Origin: Tubulanus polymorphus
Lineage: Eukaryota > Animalia > Nemertea
Direction of reading: 5' to 3'
Assembly (NCBI RefSeq): GCF_964204645.1
Contig: NC_134030.1
Coordinates: 18,188,210-18,252,209, forward strand
DNA length: 64,000 bases
Shown in pieces: positions 11,638-23,363 of this stretch. The translations under genes were made by a program, and so were the position numbers. The first letter of the stretch is position 1; every line of letters begins with the position of its first letter. The notes beneath the pieces were generated by a model. The model was given only the letters and a program-made list of their open reading frames with translations, did not search any database and had not been told where the DNA came from.

Positions 11638-14600
11638 ACGTTCGCCCAGTGATAACTGATGCAGCGGGGAATCATTTAATGAATTATGAGGTGAAATTGA
11701 ATGAAGGAGAATCAAAAACTTACACGTGTAAACACGATAAAGGGAGAATAAACTGGAAATATCTATTAGAAAATGATGATAGGTGGAAACATTATTCATC
11801 CGGGAAACGATTAATAATCCGTGGAAATATGACACTCAACAACTCACAGTTCAGATGTTTCTACAATATCGGAAATTCCGTGAAAACGTTAGCAAATTTT
11901 TTAAAAGTAACAGTTATTCCCAAACCTAAAACTACACCGGGTGACCCTACTGGTAAGTGTAAAAGGCGGGATAGCAGTTTATAGATCCCCCTATGACGTC
12001 ATTAACACGATTAAGCATGTTTAAATGTATCATGTTTCTAGGCGCGGCTCGGAGCTGGAGGCGAGTAAACGACACGACTGTTTATATATACAATTACGAT
12101 GTGAAAACAACTGTCTCGTGTAAATGTGGTGACGATGACGCAATACATGCTATTAGACTAACCGGAAACACGTGGTCTATTCAGATCCCCGATAAAACCT
12201 GCACGTATAAATGCACTGATGACTTAAATATAGACATCGAAAACAAAGGTTTGTACATGATTATTATTCTGAATATATAGTTCTCGAATGGCCGCTAGGA
12301 GTGCTGATTTGTTTATGTTTTCAGATGATACTGGTCGATATTTCAAAAACTGGCGAGTTGAAGGTCGAGTGGTGAAATGGACCGCGCAACAACCTGGAAT
12401 CATGTTCAATGTTGCCCATCGTTTTAAAGCTAACAATCGATTCCTCAGCGACGGAAATGTCGTGAGCGAAGCTGTTAACGATCAAATGAGTTTAAATTTG
12501 ACGTTTCCGACAAATATGACCGGAAAAGTGGCAGTCATTGTGAAATTCACGTGGAAACATGGCGCAACAACCCGCAGCATGGAAAGAGAATTTACCTTTA
12601 AAATCGGTAAAGATGGCAGCACTGTCGTGGAAAATAGCGAAACAGGTAGGAGTAAGAGTTAGAATGCTGGGCACTAGGGGGAACTAGTACCTATCTACTA
12701 ACAGTTAAAAGTTGCGGTAGTTGAACAACCATTAAAGCGTAAAACACAAAATTTAGCATCATTTTTCATCATCAGGTATAAAACAAGGACTGCTTTGATA
12801 TGACTATTTCTATTTCAATCACCACATGTCATAATACACTTTTTTTCAACTGGCCCGAACGTCCTAGTGATGTCACAGCCTTTACGGCTCTGTTCAGGTC
12901 CCTATAATCGAACTAATAGTGGTAGAATTGTCAACTGTTAGACGTGAGGTTCAGAGATCGAAGCCTGAATTCTTTTTCATTTTTCGTTTCAGACAAAGCA
13001 AATACTGATCCACCAAAGGTGAGTATCTAGTTGTTTTATTCTATAGATAGTCAAGTTGGATGTCAATTTATTTAGTTGTTTTTTTTTAAATTATTTTGCA
13101 TTACATGCATTTCAAGTTTATATTGTATACTGCGGCCGCATTGTATACAGACTTTCTTGTCAGTGACAATGCGATATTTACCATAAAAGCAATTTGAAAC
13201 TTAATTTCAATTCATTTGTTTTTATTTTGCATAACATGTATTACAAGTTTAGTATAGAATCTTACTTTGGGAGATATCCGTGAAATATCAAACTTCATTA
13301 TCCTATCACTTTTAAGCTTTCAAGCCTCCAATACCGACCAGAATGGCCTAAAATTGTCTTTAATTCCTACCATTTTCCGGGGTAGGTCCCCAAAACCCCT
13401 GTCAATGGCTAACGCGCTCGTGAGGCATGGATACAGTTCACCCAGCTCTGGCTAGGGTTGCCTCCACAAAAATCCCCGTCGCTCTACGATCTTAGTCTAA
13501 CATCAGACACTCGGTGAAGGATAAAGCAGCCCGTAATATTGAGTGCCCTTATGCGATTTGGAACACTCTTGATCCACGCCTAATCCTGTCGTTATTTAAA
13601 CACAGTATATAAGCTATTTGCATATAGGATACAACGTTTTAAATCATTACGGGTTGAATATTGTTGATGATCGCAGTAACAAATATGCGATTAAATGGTC
13701 GTTCGTGATAGTAATTTAATCATTGTTATATCTTTCAGACTACATCGGACCCCAATCACTGGATTGTTATCGGCCTCATATTCTCATACATCGTTGGTGG
13801 AGCGGCTGGATACTTTTTGATCGTTGTTATCGCTGTTATTACTATTCGCAGGTATGAACTCGACATACCCTCCCTCCTCCCGGTATGAACTCGACATACC
13901 CTCCCCCCTCCCGGTATGAACTCGACATACCCCCCCCCCCGTGTTGATAGGAAAAACCCACAGTTGTTATACTTTGACGGTTTCGAAGTGTTGACTAAAC
14001 TTCAGCTAGATCTAAGTCAATCTCCTTCTTTCGCCATCGATATATATTTAACTACAACATCGAATTCGTTATAAGTTGAAGATGAAAAGTCAGTAAGTCT
14101 GGATGATGATAAAAATCAAACCGACCGGTGGGTTAATTTAAACAGTTAACGATGTTTACTTTTAAAAATAAATGCCGGGATCGCGAGATCAGGACTCGAA
14201 CCTAATGTGCACAACGAGTTTTATCGAAGAGAGTCTTGTGTCTGTGTCAAGACTTTTATGAAAATCAGAGCTTAAAAGAGAGCACTCAACGTAATACCAT
14301 TTGTCCTTAAAATGTTTGGTTGTACGTTTGGCACCAATTGTGGAATTGTGCAAAATCGGTACTAGATTTCTGTTATTTTGCAGTTCACAACCTTTTCGAA
14401 ATACGTTGAAATAAACTGTAAAAAATGCTGCATAAATTACACATTTCAGATGCAGACGACGTTCGTCCGGTGAAGGTCATGTGGATACTTCAACACAACC
14501 GCAACAGCTTGAAACCGGTGAAGGTCATGTGGACACTTCAAAACAACCGCAACAGCTTGAAACAACAAATGACGAGTTGAACATCTACGAAGACCCGGAC

Positions 14601-14897
14601 GACGACAGAAATCTCGAGAATGTTTCAAAAAGAAAAATTTTGAGAAATACTGGATTACAACAAAGTCATAAAGCCATGAGAGCCGAGAAGGAAAACGATA
14701 CAACTCCTCACATGGCTATGGAAGCCGGGAGGGGCAAAGATACAACTCCTTATATGGATATGGGAGCTGGGATAGAAGAGGACACGTACATGAGTACTGA
14801 AGGCGCGATAGACGTGACAACTCCTAGCGCCGGTGGAGGCACAGACACAGATCAATACATGAATCCTGAAGCCTTGAAGACGACGACGTATCCTTAG
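11638..14897 (+). CDS. Ig-domain type I membrane receptor with Tyr-motif cytoplasmic tail (5' exon not found)
   Basis: Exons 11638-11952 (Ig: TYTC...INW...QFRC), 12042-12248, 12325-12606 (or to 12645), 12993-13018, 13739-13851 (TM: WIVIGLIFSYIVGGAAGYFLIVVIAVITI, then RRCRRR), 14450-14897 (YEDP, YMDM, YMST, YMNP). Phases chain correctly. Confidence 0.8.
13851..13940. repeat. 30-bp tandem repeat x3 starting at a splice donor
   Basis: GGTATGAACTCGACATACCC(TCCC...) occurs three times. Confidence 0.85.
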
Positions 14898-16102
14898 TTG
14901 GTGGAAGATACCGATGAACCTGTGGAAGATGATATTCAACTTTATTCGACGTATGCTTCTGTGCAATATACAACTCCATATATGGATATGAAAGCCGGGA
15001 AGGGAAAAGACACAAACCCTTAATAGATATGGAAGAATTGTATTTTAAACCGTAAATAGAAAATGTAAATCTGCACAGATTTAACCTTTTAAATTGTTAG
15101 ATTTAATTGTGCGAAGACAAATAGTAATGTGTGGGTTTTTATTCAAATAGATTTTATTTTTTGTTTTTGTTTTTTGTAAGTATAACGAGCTTTCGGGTGA
15201 AATCTCGTAATGATTATTGAGTTCATTAGGAATAGATAAGATAGGATTCTCAACTTTAGGATGGTTTGTAAATAGGTTTAATTGTATTAGGTATATATAC
15301 CTAATGCTGGGAAAACGCCCTTAACATCGCAATCGGCACTAAACTATGTATAAGGATTATTTTGAATTGATCAGATAGGATTCTTAACTTTATAGGTCTT
15401 TAACCTTTAAAATTGTTTTACTTTAATGGGTAAGCGCGAAGACAAATAGTAATATGTTGGTTAATTAGATTTTTTTGTACAAGCTTAAGTCATTTATAGC
15501 AAATAACTAGATTCTTTTTTGTAAGTACTCGTGAGATTTTTAGAGAAAAGGGAGTTATAAGGATTGTTTTGAAGAGATCAGATAGGATTCGTAATTTTAG
15601 AACAGTTTGTGAATAGATTTGTCAAAGGAATATAAACCTCTAGTGCTGGAACAACACCGTGAACATCACAATCGACACAACGACGAAGATGAAGCTGATA
15701 AATTATTGAATTATTGATTCTCAACTTGTCACAAACACGTAACACCTTTTAGAATGTTTGGACTCCAATTATATGATGTTCACAGGAGCAGCAGGGTCCG
15801 ACGTTTTAAATATAGGCGATATTTGTAAAGAGATCGGTATTTTTACTTCGCGCTCCGAGCGAAAGACTAAATAAAATAATATTCTATAACTATATTCTGC
15901 AGCTTTGTTTGTATTATTTCAGAATTATAGATTTTTTCAGCGACGTTTTATAAGTTAACATATTACAATAATTCCTTTTGGTGAATAATGGATTGATTTT
16001 TAGTACTAGAGACCCACAGTTTAAAGAGCGAAGATCGATTAATACCAGTTAGACATGATACTGTGTCCAGAGTCCGATGGTAGGCACAGGATGGTGCATC
16101 AT

Positions 16103-16943
16103 TTGTTTTATATCTGATGATGGAAAATGATGCTAAAATTTGTGTTTTACGCTATTATGTTTGTTCAACTACCGCAACTTTTAACTGTTAGTAGATAGGT
16201 ACTAGTTACCCCTAGTGGCCAGCATTCTTACTCTTACTCCTATCTGTTTCGCTATTTTCCACGACATGAGTGCTGACATCTTTGCCGATATTAAAGGTAA
16301 ACTCTTTTTCCATGTTGCGGGTTTCTGCGCTAAGTTTCCACGTAAATTTCACAATAACTGCCACTTCTCCCGCCATATTTGTCGGAAACGTCAAATTTAA
16401 ACTCATTTGATCGTTAACAGCTTCGCTCGCGACATTTCCGTCGCTGAGGAATCGATTGTTAGCTTTAAAACGATGGGCAACAGTGAACATGATTCCAGGT
16501 TGTTGCGCGGTCCATTTCACCACTCGACCTTCAACTCGCCAGTTTTTGAAATATCGACCAGTATCATCTGAAAACATAAACAAATCAGCACTCCTAGCGG
16601 CCATTCGAGAACTATATATTCAGAATAATAATCATGTACAAACCTTTGTTTTCGATGTCTATATTAAAGTCATCAGTGCATTTATACGTGCAAGTTTTAT
16701 CAGGGATCTGAATAGACCACGTGTTTCCGGTTAGTCTAGTAGCATGTATTGCGTCATCGTTACCACATTTACACGAGACAGTTGTTTTCACATCGTAATT
16801 GTATATATGAACTGTCGTGTCGTTTACTCGACTCCAGCTCCGAGCCGCGCCTAGAAACATGATACACTTAAACATGCATAATCGTGTTGATGACGTCATA
16901 GGGGGATCTATTAACTGCTCTCCCGCGTTTTGCACTTACCAGT
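16103..16943 (-). pseudogene. Truncated inverted paralog of the Ig receptor gene (two exons plus introns)
   Basis: Reverse-complement match to about 11949-12786 with scattered substitutions. Both candidate donors of the second exon are altered (GT>GC, GT>AT). Cut at 16943 by the transposon end. Confidence 0.9.
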
Positions 16944-17264
16944 TATGGAACGCGATTCATGCAATAAACATGACCATTGTTACGACGTAGGATAATTGCT
17001 GCGCCGTAGTATATTTGCGTCGGTGTATATTTTCTCCGACGTAGGATAATTGCTGCACCGTAGTATATTTGCGACGTGTCTACTTTTCATCGCATCTATT
17101 TCGCTGCGACGTGGGTAGTTTGTAACGACGTAGCTTATTTACGTGAAGGTTCCATAGTTCACCGTATGGTGGCGCCACGGTATTATATATTCAATAAAGT
17201 TAGAATTTAATTGAATCATATCGCTCTTTTCGACGCAACATAGTACGCCACAATCCGAAACTTT

Positions 17265-20200
17265 ACGGATGCAATTCTTTCCGAGTTGAAACTTGATGAA
17301 GTAATAGAAACATTCCGGAGGGAAAATGTAAGGATAACTATTCAATATAAGGACAATAAGCCCATCCATCCACATATATACATAGGCCTACCACTTACCA
17401 CCAGTGTCGAGTGCCGCCGCCGGCGGACGATACGTTGATGGATCTGGATGGATGGATCGTCGATATGGAGAAGATCCAGACCATATCGTCGCCCGGCACG
17501 TGCACCCACTCCCGGACGATCGTCTCCTGTTGATGGAAATGAATTGTGATATGTTAAGATCATTTTATTATTATAATGACTAATGACAGGCTAGGCAGCT
17601 TTACAAGCCTGAAGTAATGTCTTGTGACGTGTAATAAGGATGTAAACTAAGTGCTCTTCTGGCTCTGGTATTTCTCAATAACCGGGAGCAACATTTTTCC
17701 AGGCGCAGAGTCTAGGCCTACTCTCTCGAAGCGGTAACATAATTGGGCTCACAGCACAAGCGAGATAATGTGTTTTGCAGAATATTTTCATTATCTTATT
17801 CAGGTAACTCCAGCAGCTGTCGTAGCAATGCTCGACACTGACCTCACCTCCATGGGAGTAACAAGAATGGGCGATCGAGCACTCCTGAAAGTGAAATGTC
17901 GGCACTTTATATCATCAACTAGTGTTAATCGTCCAAGTGAGTAAATGGGAATTTACAATCATAAGTTGTAATAACGAGTACCAGTACTAAACCTATGCTT
18001 TAAATTTTTAGCTGTACCTATTCCGTCCTATGACATAGGCAAGGAGAGGAAAACTTTATTTACATCAAAAAAAAAGGATCCGAAAAACAAGTCGGCTATG
18101 ATGAAATAAACTTTCTTTTGTCTAGGCAATCCTGACTGTGTAAGTTATAGATTTTCATTCATATACCAGCAGTTCAGACATTGAAAAGTTAATAGGCCTA
18201 TTGTAAAGCTGTTTTGATTAAAAAATACCAAAGTAACTGTACATTGTATAACTCAAGTTAATAACTTGCTTTTGCAGAAGTTATCTTCGAATTATCACTA
18301 ATACGATCTGTTTCAATAATGATTTTATTTCATTGCTTCCAGATGGTTATTCCGCATGACAGGGAAAGTAGACTTAGCCTGATACAGTCAGGATTGGGCG
18401 AGAAAACATTGGAAATAGAAAAAGATTCAACATTCATAGAACTTCGAGGTAAATTGTTCGAAGTGTTTCCACAGTTGTCCACCGGTGGTGGTTTCGAGTT
18501 TCTTGCTGCCACGGCAAATAAAATGTTGGAGCTGCTTGACATTGAAAGCAGCTCCATCACACCGTATGCCTTGAAGAGCCTTGTGGCTCGAGGAAAAATC
18601 TATATTCGCCCCATACAAAGAGAGATATTGTCGCAAACTACTCCAAAGGTGAGTCAATGAACTATTTTCTGCTGTTCTTATAAATGATCTTAAGTATGAA
18701 TAAAATTTGTTTCTGGTTGTAGGCGGAATCAGTGAAAGAAAAGTGCTTGAAATGCGATCAGGAATTTCCACTCTCTTTGTTGAGGGAACACACTGAAAGC
18801 TGTGACGGGTATATATTTTTTCTTATTACAACGAACTTCACAGGACCAGAAAATCAGAACCCAGTTCCACAGTTGTGAGTTAAGATTTGACTCTGAGTTA
18901 AAACATTGAAAATGAACTAATTTTAACTCTAACTCACTACTGTGGAACCGGGTCCTGTTGGTTAAAACCAGTATAAAATAAATTTGTCTTACTTGGGTCG
19001 CAATTCTATATACATGTATGTTATCCGTATCTGATGAATTGATTTATTGTTTGTTATGATGAGGATTCCACTCTACAGATGAGAGGAATTAAATTTTTAA
19101 ATATTATTCTTAAATCGCTAGTTTGATCGATGATCTACCGAAGATTTCAAATGCTGCTGCTGCTGCTGTTGCTGCTGTTAAGAGGAGCATTTCGTCTGTA
19201 TGTATAGCTTGTAATACACACGTACATTGTAACAAGATGTTTCAGATTGCAGGCAATAACAGTTTATTATGTTTGTTGTATCTGCTGAATTAAAAAGTAC
19301 ACTCACTAAATATTTTATCAGTGATAAGTTTTCTATAATGGACCTAAGGATTATTATTATTATGGATTACAGACAAATGATGCAGAAACAAATCCTAAAC
19401 AAGTTCGGCCTAATTCAGCCTACAATTTCCACAGGTACGTTTCTTCAGCAGCTATATTCCACATTCGCTGTATATGGTGATGTTGATGTATGTTTTACAA
19501 TTCATCATCAGGTGTCAATACTACCTACCATACATGTAAATGTAAGATATTTAATGCATTATTAGTTTCATAAAAAGCCGAGATGATTGTCTTAAATGGC
19601 TTGCTTCTTCCCAGCATCCTGGACACACCCTCTGATTCTTGTACTAAATTAGCTTATATAAAATGCATAATTGGTTTTATTTTAGGCACCAGGAGTTTAT
19701 TGATCTTACTACCGATTTAGATATGATGTTTCCAGATGATGACAGTGATGCAGATTTGAATCAGGCAATTGCTAACAGCTTAGCCGAGGTGGTGGAACCA
19801 CAATTGAAAGAGGAACGGTAAGCCACGGTCGTAAACTTTTCACTGTCAACGTGAATTGTATTAAACTCAGGAAATTGAAAAACTATATTTTCTTGCATTA
19901 ACATTCATAGACAATTTCCTATCAGCTTTTCACGATGCCACATTCACACTTGTCATGGATAATCCAAATTTATTTTACAGTTACGGCATCATTATCTAAA
20001 AGAACAAAGGTAGTAGCATGGATATATTTTTGTTACCCAGTCTATATTCAGGTCTCTGCTTTTTATATGTCTATGTGTACTTTCTTAGGCTATCGGTGTG
20101 TAGATTTATTATATATGGTACATGTACATGCTTTCCTTCTCAATGGGGAACCCACAACACCAGCTATCTATGGAACGCGATTCACCCACCAGATGGCGAC

Positions 20201-22431
20201 AGGTCTTCCGTTCTCAAAATCAGTTCATTGAATTTCATTGAACTGAATTTTTAGACTCGCGAATCCGTATACTATGCAAATATGCAATAAATTCATTCTT
20301 TTACTTAGGTATCGGAAAGATAAGAGAAAAATTCATTCAGATTTAATTAATCGAAATGTGGAAGAAATTGAACGCGGACGACCAACTATCTACCAGCGAA
20401 CCTGGCGGATCCTCGCCTGCCATGAGTGGAATCCTCGATTGCCGCAGTAGCGGTGTGTGGGTGCCCCATACACTCTAACCCTAACCAAAAAAAGTATTTG
20501 TTAACATTCACAAAAGCGACTGTAACCAAGTTTAAATCACATCATTATGTTGCACTTCATTAAGGTCTTTTCAATTTATTTTCAAAGGTTAAATATAGAA
20601 TGAAATATTTTCACTTTAGGGATGGCCGTTCTCTTGAGGTTATCGTAAAAGACCACGCTGCCAAGGTAGTTGAACAAGATTCCGAAGAGACATTGAGTTT
20701 CACGTGTAGAAGAAAGTTTATCTTTAAAGATGCCGTTGCTAAGCTGAAGAGGACGAATTCTTCAAAACTAACCAAGCCTGTTCAAGTGACCTTCTTGGGA
20801 GAGGCTGGAATTGACAATGGTGGTCCTCGAAGGGAATTCCTGGAATTAGTCATTTCAGAGGCTGCTAGATCTCCGCTTCTTGTTGGGCCAGAAAATTCGA
20901 GATCACTGAGTCATGACTTGGTAGCTCTGGATAACAGATCTTTTTTTCATTTTGGCCAGTTAATAGCTTTGAACCTTATTCATGGCGGGGCTGGGGCCCG
21001 CTTTTTTAATTCATTAATTGCCAAAATTATCCTGTACGAGAAGTATGATGCCAAAACAATCGTTGTCGAAGAAGTGCCTGATGTCGATTTACGCAAAAAA
21101 CTACAACAGGTGTAGTATTCATTGATTTTTTTAGCCCATTTGTACTGAAGTCCTAGTGGGCTGTTGCATTCACTTTTTAACCCACTTGGGCTATTGCTAA
21201 TTCCTCGACCTGTAGCTTCCTAATGAGTTTCAAGCTCATTGATTTGTATATGTTTACCATGATGTTGAATATTGAATTGTCAAATTGTCAAGCATTTCAC
21301 AAAGTAGGCATGGTTTCCCTGGACTCTCAGTTCAAGAGTTTGTATTCGGGTTCATTATAAGACAGTACTAATACACTTTTGATTGTTTCAACTTTCTTTT
21401 GCAGCTAAATGAGATTTGTGACGAAGCTGAATTGGTGAAATTTGTAGATGAAAATCTAGAATGTCGCTTTGAAATGGGCTTTACAAAACCCTCTATTTTC
21501 ATAAAATTGTCCGACAAACAAAAGATAGTAGAGTATCTGGCCTTGAACTCCCTGGTTCACCGTTCAAAATCAGAGCTAAACCAACTTCTAGAAGGTTAGT
21601 ATTTTACAGTTTAGCAGTAGAATTTGCGAATGCAGCTATATTACATTTCGGTCTCAGCTTGGGTTTAAGGTTGTTTTCTGTTCACGCAGAGAGCTCGGTA
21701 CGATTCTGTTCATTAGGGCTACAATGTTTGAATTCTTGTACATCTTATGTTATGCAGGCATGTCGACTCTCGGAGTTCTGGATCTCATCCGCAAATTCCC
21801 CTCATCATTCGAAAAGGTCTTTAGTGGGGCTCCAAGTCCAATGTCCGTAGACTACATGACACAGTTATTTCATGTTGATTACTCCCCTCCTGGATCAAAT
21901 AAGAGGGTAGAAGAAGAACAAATTATCATGAATTGGACGTTCTTACTCGAAGAATCATTTGGTAGGTTTAAGCACCTCCTGGTGTTATCATTTATACATC
22001 TACAGTCAAAATCCATTTTAAGGCTGCTATTCTTTTTAATTTCACTTTTATTTTTCACAGAACAAACTTATGTAACAAAATTATTATTTCTCTCCATTCT
22101 GAACGTGATAATTGAAACAAACAATGAGTTATTTTCATTAAATTCTGTTACAGAAGGCAATATCAAGGAAAAAACAGATGTTGGCGAGATGACCCTGTCC
22201 TTGGAGGATATTCACATGATTGTCACAGGATCTTCTCAGAAACCAATAATAGGTTTCCACCACAAGCCTAGGATCGAGTTCAATCATAGTGGTGATGGAT
22301 ACTTAGTACATGCCAATACTTGTGCCATGGTAATAAGACTTCCAGTGAATAAAAAGATGCTTGAGGTTAAAAGTTTTGTCAAGGAGATAACATTTTGTAT
22401 ATACAATTCCCCGGGATTTGGATGTATATAA
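17265..22431 (+). pseudogene. SAM - UBL-like - UBZ - UIM - HECT E3 ubiquitin ligase (G2E3-like HECT), ~715 codons, 12 exons
   Basis: Exons 17265-17327, 17804-17936, 18012-18139, 18343-18648, 18723-18808, 19122-19197, 19373-19434, 19686-19817, 20620-21109, 21405-21594, 21758-21961, 22154-22431; all phases consistent. SAM (DTDLTSMGVTRMGDRALL), CLKC...LREHTESC, UIM (DADLNQAIANSLAE), HECT (VTFLGEAGIDNGGPRREF, catalytic HANTC, terminal GFGCI). The start codon reads ACG and there is an in-frame TAA at 18107-18109. Confidence 0.88.
18858..18955. mobile_element. Palindromic MITE (same family as 52672-52780) in a HECT gene intron
   Basis: ACCCAGTTCCACAGTTGTGAGTTA...TAACTCACTACTGTGGAACCGGGT inverted ends. 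Confidence 0.7.
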
Positions 22432-22563
22432 AATGATTTTATACATGCATTCATTTTAAATGGATATTCGAAGTAAATCAACATGAAATCCTCATGACAC
22501 ACATCCCATTTGTTTGTATGTTTTATTTACTATGTATTAAGTCGGATAATAGTCCTAGAATCT

Positions 22564-22791
22564 TTACCCTTTAAAGCTCAAAGCACCCTTTTTGTCAATA
22601 GCTAGTATGACGGTGGTCGGGAATTGGGCCTGATCCCTCACGAATATAAATTCCGTCCCCGCCCAGCATACTGGTTGTTGACTCTTAAAAGTGCCCCCTC
22701 TTGGAATTTATCAAAGGCAGGTGATGGGAAATGTGCCATCATACACTCACCTTTGATATATCCCTAGAGTGGGCCAGGCTTTAAAGGGTAA
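22564..22791. mobile_element. Small MITE-like element
   Basis: 14-bp perfect inverted repeat TTACCCTTTAAAGC / GCTTTAAAGGGTAA. Confidence 0.5.
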
Positions 22792-23049
22792 CAGGTTCAA
22801 GGGAAAACCGGTCATTGAATTTGTCAGTCAAGGTTTCAGTTCAATCATATTGATATCGAAAGGCTTGTTGTGGATTGACAATTAACATTCCAGTTTATGA
22901 ACTTATGTTTTATTCATAAGACTACTTCGTTATTCATTTATTCAGTCCATTAAGTTTTTATATTTTTTGAACAAATAATACATAAAATTGGTGTTTCAGA
23001 TAAACGATTCAGCTGGTTTCTATCTATATACAGTCAAGTCTACAGTCGA

Positions 23050-23359
23050 CAGTCAACTCCTCTTAATCCGTAGAAGTGGGACCTGGCAAAATCATACGGA
23101 TTAACTGAAAATACAGATTATTTGAAAATTCTCAGAATATTAATACCTGGCCTAGTATAGGCAGGAAATAGCTCTTAAGGGGTGTATTATTAATTTTTTC
23201 ACTTGTAAATTGATTACTTCAGCATTAATACGGATTATTTCATACGGATTAACTGAATAATTTATTAAGGATTTGAACAAGAAAAAACGGGACTTTGAAA
23301 TGACTACGGAATAATTAAAAATCCGGATTAATGGGATCCGGATTAAGAGGAGTTGACTG
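23050..23359. mobile_element. Tc1/mariner (pogo/Tigger-type) MITE
   Basis: 21-bp perfect TIR CAGTCAACTCCTCTTAATCCG. TA follows the right end; the left flank shows a TACAGTC stutter. Internal CGGATTAA repeats. Confidence 0.8.
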
Positions 23360-23363
23360 TATA

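Noticed and set aside
20600-22431. Host G2E3 ortholog
   Set aside because: No PHD/RING N-terminus, and it lies inside transposon TIRs, so no gene symbol was assigned.
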